This document shows, piece after piece, positions 1 through 11,711 of a DNA stretch of 55,362 nucleotides (positions within the stretch are counted from its first letter, which is position 1; every line of letters starts with the position of its first letter). The notes beneath the pieces were generated by a model. That model was not told the DNA's origin, searched no databases, and saw only the letters and a list, made by a program, of their open reading frames with translations. Where the stretch lies: positions 1-55,362 of the forward strand of contig NW_021833724.1 in assembly GCF_006345805.1 (NCBI RefSeq). Direction: 5' to 3'. The position numbers and the translations under genes are program-made. This DNA is from Octopus sinensis (lineage: Eukaryota).

Positions 1-736
1 TTATATTTTACGGGGAACGCATGGCCTCAGTGTCTGATATTAAGTGAACTTGTGAATTCGATGCCGGCATCGTTTGGTCAGTATTGGTGGAATATTTCCA
101 CGGCGGAATTGGTGAGAAAAGATTTGAGACTTTTTCTGTTGATCCAAAGTCCTGTCGTCTCACTTTTCGATTTTTCGTTCTACTCTTTTCTTTTTCCGTC
201 TCTGAGGTAAATGTTTTGTTTAGAATAGAGAACAGTGGGCAACAGCATTCCAGGTGAGACTTAGCCAACGTATCAGGCTCTTTGGACTGAAAAGTTCTAA
301 AGATTCAAAGCATATTCTGCAGATTGTATCGACTTTATTGTTGTTCTGTGTCCTCCATCTTAAGCTATTCCCCGAAGTTGCACCAAAGTCTCTTGTTATT
401 TGACGCTTGGATGAGATTATTCGAGAGAACAAAGTTGATTAAGGATTGAAATTATCAAAGCAGCCATGTTTGAGCTCATCTTCTTTGGAAAAGTGGTTGA
501 ACTCAAATTCTTCCTCGCTTAACAGCATTTTTTGTTTTTTGTCCTTTAGCTTTTCAGTTTTTTCTTACGTGCATCGAAGAATATACAGTATATAAATCGG
601 ATTGGGGTTCCATTCAGCCACATAACCCCTTTAAGGACTTTCTGAAGCGAGAACTCATTTACAAAAGCTTTTTTTGAAGATTTTAGTATGTTTGATAAAC
701 TTTGCAATGTCATTTATGTAAATAATAAACAGAAAT
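1..736 (-). pseudogene. Degenerate CR1/L2-group LINE RT fragment (C-terminal part), split from 1133-1330 by a SINE-A insertion
   Basis: Minus-strand translation gives LFIIYINDIAK (cf. LFxIYINDL), then RDFGATSGNSLRW (cf. RDLGV..s.L.W) and GHAFPVKY (cf. RGH.fkl) in the expected order, with stops and frameshifts. Judged by eye. Confidence 0.5.
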
Positions 737-1132
737 AGGCGCAGAAGTGGCTGTGTGGTAAGTAGCTTGCTAACCAACCACATGGTTCCGGTTTCAGTCC
801 CACTGCGTGGCATCTTGGGCAAGTGTCTTCTGCTATAGCCCCGGGCCGACCAATGCCTTGTGAGTGGATTTGGTAGACGGAAACTGAAAGAAGCCTGTCG
901 TATATATATATGTGTATGTGTGTGTGTGTGTTTGTGTGTCTGTGTTTGTCCCCCTAGCATTGCTTGACAACCGATGCTGGTGTGTTTACGTCCCCGTCAC
1001 TTAGCGGTTCGGCAAAAGGGTCCGATAGAATAAGTACTGGGCTTACAAAGAATAAGTCCCGGGGTCGATTTGCTCGACTAAAGGCGGTGCTCCAGCATGG
1101 CCGCAGTCAAATGACTGAAACAAGTAAAAGAG
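737..1132 (+). mobile_element. SINE family A, full length (tRNA-like head, CORE-like TTGGGCAAGTGTCTT segment, internal TA/TG microsatellite, LINE-like 3' tail)
   Basis: A-box-like TGGCTGTGTGGT, B-box-like GGTTTCAGTCC. Nearly identical to copies at 54582-54993 (-), 38163-38546 (-) and 53729-53901 (+). Confidence 0.92.
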
Positions 1133-1330
1133 AAAAATGAGCCAAACACCCTGACAGACACCACTAATCACTTTTTAATTAATTAATTTATTAATTTATT
1201 AATTTTCACATGGTAAATGTTGGCCATAATACCAAAGTTTCGGCTTGTTCGCATTTATCTGACGAAGTTAAGAATGTTAGTTAATAAACGATACAAATTT
1301 CAAATATGCACTGAAAAGAATCCAGTGGGC
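1133..1330 (-). pseudogene. Upstream continuation of the degenerate CR1/L2 RT fragment
   Basis: Reverse complement of about 1134-1175 reads KVISGVCQGVWLIF (cf. VxSGVPQGSVLGPLLF), which joins LFIIYINDI on the far side of the SINE. The left boundary is well defined; the right boundary is approximate. Confidence 0.5.
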
Positions 1331-1732
1331 CTTCGTTTTAACGTTCATTTGTTTTTATTATGACTTGACATAAAAAACAACGCGTGCGTGTCTTATCTTA
1401 GGCCGTCTCATAGCCTAAAGGCCTTTATATATAAGTATATATGTCTGTATACACACCAACTACTCGTGTCGTTTTCCATTATGCCTTGTCCTTATTCTGT
1501 CGTCGTTTATCGCTTGTTTATGTTTTCCTCACCATCCGCTCACTTATTCCAGCAGCTTTTTACTGCTGATGCAGCAAAATTGAACAATCTCATTGATAAT
1601 GACGCAAAATTGTAATGATTTTTGGCCGCTAATTGATGATGAGGGATGAACATATCCCAATGTATCATGTGTGATTTTTCTGTGTTCCTTCTTTTTCGTC
1701 CATCTGTGCAATTATTTATTCATATATATATA

Positions 1733-1763
<31 letters not shown>

Positions 1764-1797
1764 TATTGCTAAAGTACAACACCGGATGTTTATGAAT

Positions 1798-2024
1798 GGA
1801 GCTGGCAGACACGTTAGCGCGCCGGGCGGAATGCTTAGCGGTATTTCGTCTGTCGTTACGTTCTGAGTTCAAATTCCGCCGAGGTCGACTTTGCCTTTCA
1901 TCCTTTCGGGGTCGATAAATAAAAGTACCAGTTTCGCACTGGGGTCGATGTAATCGACTTAATCCCTTTGTCTGTCCTTGTTTGTCCTCTCTATGTTTAG
2001 CCCCTTGTGGGCAATAAAGAAATA
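1798..2024 (+). mobile_element. SINE family B (tRNA-like head plus conserved GTCGACTTTGCCTTTCATCCTTTCGGGGTCGATAAA core)
   Basis: B-box GAGTTCAAATTC; the core and tail recur at more than 8 loci in this window. The core resembles my recollection of the MetaSINE central domain (unverified). Confidence 0.9.
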
Positions 2025-3284
2025 TATATGTATACGGAAGTCGCATAAGTTTCATATTGTATGTAACTTTAATTTTAAAAATGTGTGTGCGCGCCCTCAT
2101 GTGTATGAGTACACACAGTGTTTATTTATTAACGTAGTAGGCATGCGCTAAATAGAAATAGTTGTATGACTTTCTTACGATTAGAAGTATTTATCAATGA
2201 AGGCAAACATTTCGGATAAGGGGATAGTGTTGTAAATATATTCATTATTTCTTACCGCCATTTAGGAATCTGAGTTAATGGAGTATAAAGTGTCCTGTCT
2301 AGAAAGAGAAAGACACGCCTACGGTAGGTTCGAACTCTCAACTTGGTAGTCCAACATCTTACTCTAGTAGCCTTTAAGGCCCCACTTTTCTCGATAAAAG
2401 TCTATTATGAACCACGTATTGGTTTTCTCATCTAATTAAATACCTCACCAAAAAGTCCCTATGCCCTGGAGGGCTTCATTTAAAGAGAAACTCCTCGAGC
2501 AGTCTCAAGTACGACTTATAATTTCTGATAATTTCTGATTACAGTAAATATGGCTGCAATGAGAACAAGTAAATAAAAAAAATATATCAACAAAATTGGA
2601 AGAATTGAAGTCAGCAAGTGGACAAAAGTTGATAATAACCTTTATTAAAAGAGTTCCATAAAGATACAGACTCTGCTAAAGAAGCGATTTGCTGTCCCTT
2701 TACTGCAGTCCGGTCTCTGCTTGCGTAGCGTTTTGTATGGCGACGATTCGAATGAAAAACCCACTTTCTTAATTATGCTATCATCAGACGAGGCTGGTAA
2801 GTTGGACAGGAAACTTGCAGAGTCTGAACAGACAGATAATGAATGTTTCACACAATCAAATCATCACTGATTTTCTTCCCCACAGACAAAACAATATATT
2901 TCCGATCTTTACAATATCCCAGCAGACGACTGCACAGAGTGTTACAGACGACACAATACTTGATTTACTGACGGCAACTTTGCCTTGGACTCGGTTATCT
3001 TACTGAATAAAATGAATGTTTACACAGCAATCATAATGTTTTCTCAGATGGATCGCAGTCTTTTTAAGAAAGACAATATCTACTGTTAAAGATGAACATC
3101 TTGTTTACAATCGAATTTGGATTCTTCATCACGTGGTCGTTCGGACTTATTGCAGTTGCTGCAGCCTGGACGGATGTTGCTGCACTTCAAATGGACAGTC
3201 CCAAATATTTTATCAAATAAAATTGTGAATGAAACAACTCCCTACCTCCATTCTCCTCTCCCTTACTCTCTCTCTTTCTCTCTG

Positions 3285-3393
3285 GCATATATAATATAAT
3301 AATATAGTATATGGTATATTATATATCTATATATTATATTATATATAATATATATATATATATATATCATTATATATAATCTATATATATACC

Positions 3394-3424
<31 letters not shown>

Positions 3425-3428
3425 TTAT

Positions 3429-3482
<54 letters not shown>

Positions 3483-3661
3483 GTATATATATATAGTATA
3501 GATTAAATGTATATATATATATATATATATAATGTATAAATATATAATATATATATACAATATACTATATACATATATATATTATATATATATATATATA
3601 CCATAGATATATATGTATATAATAATATATATAGATATGATATATATATATATATATATAG

Positions 3662-3713
<52 letters not shown>

Positions 3714-3740
3714 ATATATATATATATTATATATATTACA

Positions 3741-3775
<35 letters not shown>

Positions 3776-3800
3776 CATATATAATATATGTATATATAGT
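3285..3800. repeat. (TA)n-rich compound microsatellite
   Basis: Directly visible. Confidence 0.97.
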
Positions 3801-3889
3801 ACTCATCACGCAAGCACTCACACACACGCATTATATACATGTTATATATTTATATGTACATTTATGTGTATGTGTGCATGCGTATATTT

Positions 3890-4630
3890 CCCTCTCTCTT
3901 CCGTCTCCTCTCTCTCCTTCTCTCTCTCCCCCTCTCTCTCTCTCCCCTTCTCTCTCTCCTTCTCTCTCTCCCTCTCTCTCTCTCTTTCCCCTATCTATTC
4001 CCAGAGTGAAACACTTCAACACCACCAAAATAACAATAGCAGCAATTTCGTCAATGCAGAGTCTTCCCTTCACCTCCCACCATCACCACTACCACCGCAG
4101 CTAATGCAGAGAGAGGGGAGGAGTAAAGTGGATAGAGAGATGGTGGGAGGTAAGGTGATAGTGAGAGATGGTGTGAGGTTGGAAGGGGTGGGAGGAGAAG
4201 GAGGAAGAAGAGGAGGCACAGAAAATTTAGGCTGTGGAGAGGTAGAACGTGGTAAAGAGGTTATGGTGAAGGCGATAGGGAGAGGTGGAGAGAGAAGGTG
4301 AATGAGAGAGGGAGGTAGAGAGACGGTAAGAGATAAATGAAGTAGAGAGAAGGTAAGAGAGATAGTGGTGGGTCTGGGGTAGAATGGGTGACGGAAAAGT
4401 GAGAGAGAGAGATAGAGAAGCTATAGAGGGAGCAGAGAAAAGGTATCGGGTAGAGAGACGAGGAGATAGTGGGAGGTTTAGAAAGAAAGGAGGGGAATAG
4501 AAGGAGAGAGAAAACGAAATACTTTCATAGAGAGAGAGAGAGAGACGGAGAAGAGGGGGAGAGTCGATAGAGAAGGAGAAAGAGATATCGACATAAAAGA
4601 GGAAGAGAACAAAAGAGAAGGTGGTGGTCG
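3890..4630. repeat. (CT)n tract followed by a long purine-rich GA low-complexity tract
   Basis: Directly visible. Confidence 0.85.
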
Positions 4631-4806
4631 ATGACAAAACCCCTCCCCTCAAAATTCTTGGCCTTCTGCCCAACTCAGAAACCATTATTTTCGCAGCAAT
4701 TGGCGAAGTTTGTAATTAATTTTCTTGTTGTTTTCTGGTAAATCCTCACAATCCTTTATCTCTGTATTGTCCTAAATTTATTTCTGGCCCTTGTGCCCAA
4801 TAAAGA

Positions 4807-4848
<42 letters not shown>

Positions 4849-4949
4849 CATCATCATCCTCTTCGTCATGATCATCATCATCATTATGAGCTATTATAAT
4901 ACCACTTTAGAAGGGATGTTGTCTTGAGGTTTGGTGACAACAAATCTTC

Positions 4950-5225
4950 TCAAATCTGAAGACTCTTTTGGCGGGATTCTTGCAGCATTGAGGTCGGTGC
5001 TTTTGCGCAGGTCGACAATGCAAGCCTCAATGTCAATCTCTTTCAGTCTTTTACGTAGGATCTTGGAATGGTTTGCCAAACGCACGAATTACCACAGGAA
5101 CAACTGTCAGTTTAGTCTTCTGCGACAATTTCTTCAGTTCTTCGGTCCTGATGTTTCTCAATTTTCTCAACTTTTTTTTGTTTTAATATCCATCACGTGG
5201 TATTGCAAAGACTATGATCATAAAC
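4950..5225 (-). pseudogene. R4/Dong-like (RLE-type) non-LTR retrotransposon C-terminal fragment
   Basis: Minus-strand frames give FMIIVFAIPRD, TKLTVVPVVIRAFG and LRKRLKEIDIEACIVDLRKSTDLNAARI, matching the R4/Dong end pattern IID.A.P.D / V.PVV.GALG / LQK..LLGTARI. Frameshifted. Confidence 0.7.
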
Positions 5226-5229
5226 TGTT

Positions 5230-5276
<47 letters not shown>

Positions 5277-5469
5277 CTAATTAAATCTGGTCATCTTGAA
5301 CCATATTACGGCGAGTCTTTATGGATATATCATCGTCGTCGTGGTCGTCGTCGTCGTCATCGATGTCATCATCATCATAAGGCTGAAACTTCTTGAAGAG
5401 TTACTTTGAATTTCACAGTTTCCGATTCATTAAACATTGAAGAACAGAATATAAATACCAAAATATAAA

Positions 5470-5740
5470 CAAAAATATTTTTAAACATCAAAATATTCAT
5501 TATTTACATTTGACAGATATTTGTCCTCATCTTGTTTGTTGTTAACATAACGTTTCGCCTGATATACCCTCCAGCCTTCATCAGGTGTCTTGCGGAAATT
5601 TCGAACCTAGGTTCTCACTCGTAAGGTATTTTTCGATGTTGTTGCTGTTATTATAATTATTATTCAGGTCACTGAATGGAATCGAACTCGGAATCTTGGG
5701 GTTAGTAGCCCACCCTATTAACCACTATGCCATATGCCCG
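5470..5740 (-). mobile_element. Family D unit: tRNA-like Pol III head followed by a Penelope-type pseudo-LTR segment with a hammerhead motif
   Basis: A-box TGGCATAGTGG (5732-5722), B-box GAGTTCGATTCC (5689-5678), then CTGATGA...GAAAC-GTT at 5584-5549. Confidence 0.7.
5544..5590 (-). ncRNA. Minimal type I hammerhead ribozyme-like motif (two stem mismatches)
   Basis: AGACAC-CTGATGA-A-GGCTG-GAGGGTATAT-CAGGC-GAAAC-GTT-ATGTT. The core is intact; there is one mismatch in stem II and one in stem I. Confidence 0.6.
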
Positions 5741-5768
5741 TGAGCAATTATGGAGTGAATTTTAGGGC

Positions 5769-6030
5769 TTATAAATCTAATATTTTCCTATCCTTCCTCA
5801 ATACCGTTTCCCATATGCTGTTCATATCTGCACTCGGTCTGCTTAGGAGGTTGTTGTATCCTAGCATATGTGCTGCTTTTTTTACTTTTCGTATTTTCCA
5901 GTGGTGTTCTCTGTCTATTATTTTAACTTCATCCCACAGGGGGAGGTGGGTCTCCATTTTTCCATCATGATCAGCTATACCCGATTTATCAATATCTCCT
6001 CGTGTCAAAGCTTTGCGATATTATTGATCA
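5769..6030 (-). pseudogene. Penelope-like element, GIY-YIG endonuclease C-terminal fragment
   Basis: ORF reads KSGIADH...HLPLWDEVKIIDREHHWKIRKVKKAAH, typical of the Penelope GIY-YIG end (KSa.AeH...W..vkIl..e..w..R.l.Ea). Confidence 0.8.
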
Positions 6031-6605
6031 TAGGTTTTGGTTAGAAAAAAACCTGTTATAAATGCGTCGCACATTCATTTTTTTCAAGTGTTATGTACAA
6101 ATACGTGGTATACTTGCCTATATTTACGCAGGGACGCGTTATATATTCAAAACATCAGTATCATATCTCTAAAACAAAATCAAGGAAAGTGGTGTTTGTT
6201 GCAGCAATTTTATTTTTCTTTCATTTGGGACTCTATCTCAGAATGTGCCAAATTCATTATGAGGAGAAACATTGAAACTTAGAAGCAGAACTTCACAAGT
6301 TCCATTACCAATTTTAATACCAGAACCCTGATCCTAAATGACATAATCCTTTCTAAAGTCTTTCGAAATTTTAGTCTACATTGGCATCGACGCTCATAGA
6401 TCTGACATTAGCAGTCCTGAAGATTCTTTTAAAACAAGATATCCTCAACGTAACCACATCGTTAACTTACCTGAAAGTAGATATGATACAACATTGTCTA
6501 AATATAATTATTCTTTGGAAGAAACAAGGTGAGCAGATTTTTTAAAAATCAATGGACGAACGAATCTAGTTCATACGAAGCTTACCATGCATTGGAGTTC
6601 TTGCT

Positions 6606-6607
<2 letters not shown>

Positions 6608-6688
<81 letters not shown>

Positions 6689-6690
6689 GC
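6608..6690. repeat. (CT)n microsatellite
   Basis: Directly visible. Confidence 0.97.
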
Positions 6691-8208
6691 CAATTTTGTT
6701 TAAATAAGATGCAGACGGTAATTTCATTTCGAAATGCCAAGGTTGTCATGAGCAACCAGAGATGTCTGACTTTTGAAAACACTCCACAAAGTTTCATCCT
6801 CACCAGTTTTTCTGCTTTTTTGTGTGTGGCAGCCGGAGGGAGGGTTCTATTCTTGGATTTTCCGCTTCGTTTACTCTTAAATTCTAGTCTTTTTCTTTTT
6901 ATCCCAATTCTCTTTTTGTTTCCCGCTTCTCCCAAAACCTGCATTTATAACAACTTTCAGTCCTTCGTCCTTCTAAAATTCCCTACTTATAGAAAGTATA
7001 CAAAAAGAACATTGACCTTCGCACGCCCCCTGGTGCCACAAGGCCTGTGGAGGCTATGGACTCACTCCTTACTTCCAGGTCAAAAAAAAAATTTTTGATA
7101 CACCCCCCCCCCAAATGATAACACTGTTTAAGATGTTTCCACTTTAACACATACTGCACGAGTACAGATAATTATAGATACACCCAGTGTATAACTGGTA
7201 CTTCTTTAAGATAGATACAATGTCTGAAAGTAAGACATTACTTCATGGCCGCATTGCCTTTCATCATAGTTTTACTGCTTGACCAATGTTGGGGTAGAGA
7301 AAGCAACAACAGCAACAACAACACCAAATCAAACAGAATTTTCCTCGTTTTCGCAGTCACCAACTGAACTACATAATTTGCATATTTGCACACACCCCTC
7401 TCCACTTCTGCTAATTATCATAATATATGAATCTACTTTGAATAATGATGAAAGTTCAAATAATTCCAAACATTCCTTTGTGATTTGAAGATGACCCCGT
7501 TTCGGGGGGGAGGATGGGGCGGTAACGGGGCGGAAGAGGAGGAGGAGGGAGTAGTAGAAGAAGAAGAAGAAGAAGAAGAAGAAGAAGAAGAAGAAGCGCT
7601 AACAAGCTAAAATCGATAATGATAATAATTTGCTATTTTTAAAAAAACATATATAAAAATATATTTCAATAAATTAAAATATAATAATGGAATCATTAGC
7701 GGAAAGAGAAAACAATATGGCGGAAATGAAGAGAAAGAATCGGTTTGGGTATTTTATTGTATTTTGCGGTGAGTTGGCTTTTGTTGTGGGGCGGAGGGTA
7801 TTTAATCTGGGTGGATGGATCGGGTATGTGATATTTAAAGTTTAACTGATGCGTTATGATGGAAAATTGAGCCAAAGAAAATGTGATATATTGGTTTGGA
7901 TGTCTGTCTGTGTGTCAGAGTGTGTTTATATTGTGATCTGAATGGGTTTAATGGAAGAATAAAGAGGAAAAACGGTGGCGGTGGCGGTGGTGGTGGGGGA
8001 GGAAGGGCAGAAAGGGAAGAGAAAATGCAACCGAAGACAAGTTTAGAAAGTCAAACAGTCACTCTGGCATCGACAACAACAATAACAACAAGAATAGCAG
8101 ACACTTCAATATCAACATCGAAAGACGTAAAAGCCTAGAGATGACTGTTAAGTTTTCTCCCCCCCCCCCACCCCACACACACGCATAAGAAACTGCACTG
8201 GTATTATA

Positions 8209-8536
8209 GTCGACTTTGTCTTTCATCCTTTCGGGGTCGATAAATTAAGTACCAGTTACGCACTTGGTTCGATGTAATCGACTTAATCCCCTTGTTTGTC
8301 CTTGTTTGTTCCCTCCATGTTTAGCCCCTTGTAGGTAGTAAAGAAATAGGTATTTCGTCTGCTGTTACGTTTTGAGTTCAAATTCTGCCGAGGTCGACTT
8401 TGCCTTTCATCCTTTCGGGGTCAATAAATTAAGTACCAGTTACGCACTGCGGTCGATGTAATCGACTTAATCCGTTTGTCTGTCCTTGTTTGTCCACTCT
8501 ATGTTTAGCCCCTTGTGGGTAGTAAAGAAATAGGTA
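8209..8536 (+). mobile_element. SINE-B head-to-tail dimer (5'-truncated), 184-nt period, flanked by a GGTATTATAG direct repeat
   Basis: GTCGACTTTG at 8209 and 8393; junction GTAAAGAAATAGGTATTTCGTCTG; GGTATTATAG at 8200-8209 and 8533-8542. Confidence 0.9.
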
Positions 8537-8689
8537 TTATAGCTGGGTTACAATTCCAGCAGTTACTAATCGGTGCAGTTGAAACATGTGTAGGCCTGTT
8601 ACACAGCTGTAAAAATATTACAAATAATAAAAGTAATGCGATGCAACTTCGTAATAATCCTTATTATTACTATTACTAAAAAATAAATA

Positions 8690-8926
8690 AATGCACCCTT
8701 TTAAAGCCTAGCCAGGCTCATGGGCCCAGTTTCCCGGTTTCTATGGCGTTTGTGTACCTCAGCTGGACGGGACGCCAGTCCATCGCAGCGTTACTCACTT
8801 TTGCCAGCTGAGTGGACTGGAGCAACGTGAAATGAAGTGTTTTGCGCAAGAACACAACGCGTCGCCCGGCCCAGGAATCGAAACCACAATCTTACGATCA
8901 TGATGCTGACACCCTAACCACTAAGC
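8690..8926 (-). mobile_element. SINE family C (tRNA-like head plus CACTTCATTTCACGTTGCTCCAGTCCACTCAGCTGGCAAAA core), tail type 1
   Basis: The reverse complement has GCTTAGTGGTT (A-box) and GGTTTCGATTCC (B-box); the core is shared with 29390-29672. Confidence 0.8.
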
Positions 8927-8939
8927 ATGAATCTTTTAT

Positions 8940-9135
8940 CTTTTACATATTTCAGTCATTTGATTGCGGCCATGCTAGAGCACCATCCGTACGAATTTTA
9001 GCCGATCCCTGAACTTATTTTTTAATTCTGCTACTTATTCTATCGATTTCTTTTGCCGACGCGCTAAGTTACAGGGACACAAGCACACCAACACCGGTTG
9101 TCAAGTGATGGAAATCATAAGCACAGACAGAAGCG
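8940..9135 (-). mobile_element. SINE-A 3' half, diverged
   Basis: TTTCAGTCATTTGATTGCGGCCATGCT tail and CCGGTTGTCAAG internal segment. Confidence 0.75.
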
Positions 9136-9151
9136 CGGGCAAAACACAACA

Positions 9152-9229
<78 letters not shown>
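9152..9229. repeat. (TA)n microsatellite
   Basis: Directly visible. Confidence 0.97.
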
Positions 9230-9234
<5 letters not shown>

Positions 9235-9431
9235 GGTGAGCTGGCAGAAACGATAGCGGTATTTTGTCTGCCCTTACGTTCTGAGTTCAAATTCCGCCGA
9301 GGTCGACTTTGCCTTTCATCCTTTCGGGGTTGATGAAATAAGTACCAGTTAATCACTGGGGTCGATGTAATCGACTAAATCCCTTTGTTTGTCCCCTCTA
9401 TGTTTAGCCCCCTATGGGCAATAAAGAAATA
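9230..9431 (+). mobile_element. SINE-B copy with a short deletion in the head
   Basis: Head AAGGTGGTGAGCTGGCAGAAACG, B-box, core and AATAAAGAAATA end. Confidence 0.9.
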
Positions 9432-9684
9432 TATATTCATATATATATAGAGAGAGAGAGAGGGAAAGGAGAGAGATAGAGTACCAGTAAAGTAATGGGG
9501 TTAACAGGATCAAATATGCAGCACCAAAATTATTTCTGGTTTTATGCCCACATCAGAAAGTAGTAGTAGTAGTAGTGGTTGGTGGTGGTGATGTTTGCAT
9601 CAGATATTTTTCCCTGGCTTATTGTTTCCCAGGGTGGAAATTTAATCTTTTCCGTTATCATTATTATCATCATCATTATTATTA

Positions 9685-9715
<31 letters not shown>

Positions 9716-10030
9716 CCTGAAGGTCAAATTTCAAGAAAGCCAAAACCAGGATGACGTTTGTTTCTTCGTGTTTATTGTTCCTGATGTTGTTGTTGTTGGT
9801 GTTGTTGAAGTTGCTGGTTCTACAGTTTCCAATGCCTTTTTGTTGTTCTTTTCCTCCTCTCTTCTTTCCTCCCTTTTCCCCTTCTTCTTCCTCTCCTTCC
9901 CCTTCCATGAGGTCACCGACATTTTTGAATTATTTTATTCCAAATCTATTTAGTTATTGAGATGGTACAATTAGAGTGGTTCGGTGTCCATTTCAGGAAT
10001 GTTCTACAAGAGACTGCCACCGAGTCCTTT

Positions 10031-10067
<37 letters not shown>

Positions 10068-10254
10068 ATATTGGTCTTCCAAATACTATGTCTCTTTAAT
10101 TCTTCGTTACAACTTGTTTGTTCTCGACTTATTTTGATTTATTTTTTGTTTGTTTTTTGTTTCTTTCGTACTCACAGACAGGGGTAGGTATCGACATACA
10201 TGCAGACAGATGGATATATATATATAGATGGATGGATGGATGGATGGATGGATG

Positions 10255-10303
<49 letters not shown>

Positions 10304-10339
10304 TTAGATCATTATTTATACGTATATCTATCTATCTAT

Positions 10340-10598
10340 ATACATATAATTACATTGGTGAAAGAACTTTTTATTCGCCCATTCCCTTCCGGTCATTTCA
10401 AACTGTAACCGTATGCGTATCGTTGGCGATTTTCTTCCTCCCTCTTCCCTTCCTTTGGACTTTCCTCTATTTCGGAAAAAGGGCTTGGCTCGAAACGTCG
10501 AATCCTCTTTCCTTCCTTTCCTGAGCGTCTGATAATGCAGAACTTGTACCACGCCCTAGCGTTATTGCTTTTTCTTGTTTGTTCTTCTTTGTTTGGAT

Positions 10599-10602
<4 letters not shown>
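10340..10602 (+). mobile_element. Penelope-like 3' end / pseudo-LTR remnant with a degenerate hammerhead (10470-10502)
   Basis: TTT-CGGAAAA-A-GGGC-TTG-GCTC-GAAAC-GTC-GAA keeps hammerhead geometry. A related segment occurs in the opposite orientation at about 30100-30190. Confidence 0.5.
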
Positions 10603-10665
<63 letters not shown>

Positions 10666-10866
10666 TATATATATTATATATGTATGTATATATATATATA
10701 TATGTATGTATATATATATATATATGTATGATATATATATATATAATATATATATATATTATATATATATATGTATGTATTATATATATATATTATATAA
10801 TATATATATATATATATATATGTAGGTATATATATATATATTATATATATTATGTATATATATATG

Positions 10867-10901
<35 letters not shown>

Positions 10902-11072
10902 GTATATAAATATTATCGAGACAAAACCACTATTTTGCAAAACAAACAAGGAAAGACTTAATCAATACATAAATTTTATAATAAATAGTCAAAAAAACCG
11001 CACTACAATCGTTTCTTGTCTTGATCGACAATCTTCAGGTGGATCTTCCAATATTCAGTGTCAAATTATGTA

Positions 11073-11121
<49 letters not shown>

Positions 11122-11154
11122 ATGTATGTATGTATATGTATATATATATATATG

Positions 11155-11199
<45 letters not shown>

Positions 11200-11260
11200 T
11201 ATGTATGTATATGTATATATATATGTATGTATGTATATATATATGTATTATATATATATG

Positions 11261-11311
<51 letters not shown>

Positions 11312-11338
11312 ATTATATAATATATATATATATAGATG

Positions 11339-11387
<49 letters not shown>

Positions 11388-11426
11388 ATATATGTATATA
11401 TTATATATATATATGTATATATTATA

Positions 11427-11477
<51 letters not shown>

Positions 11478-11480
11478 ATG

Positions 11481-11514
<34 letters not shown>

Positions 11515-11653
11515 TTATATATGTATGTATGTATATGTATATATATATGTATGTATGTATATATATATATGTATATATATATATATGTATGTATATGTAT
11601 ATTATATGTATGTATGTATATGTATGTATGTATGTATATACTTATGTAATTAC

Positions 11654-11711
<58 letters not shown>

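Noticed and set aside
3503-4685. Long ORFs of YI/IY, SL and ER repeats (also 10535-11920, 18826-19169, 24325-25161, 30385-31037, 39784-40470)
   Set aside because: They are translations of TA, CT, GA, TG and TATG microsatellites that lack stop codons. There is no coding evidence.
8209-8536. CRISPR-like regularly spaced repeats
   Set aside because: Whole 184-nt units are repeated with no unique spacers, there are no cas genes, and the context is eukaryotic.
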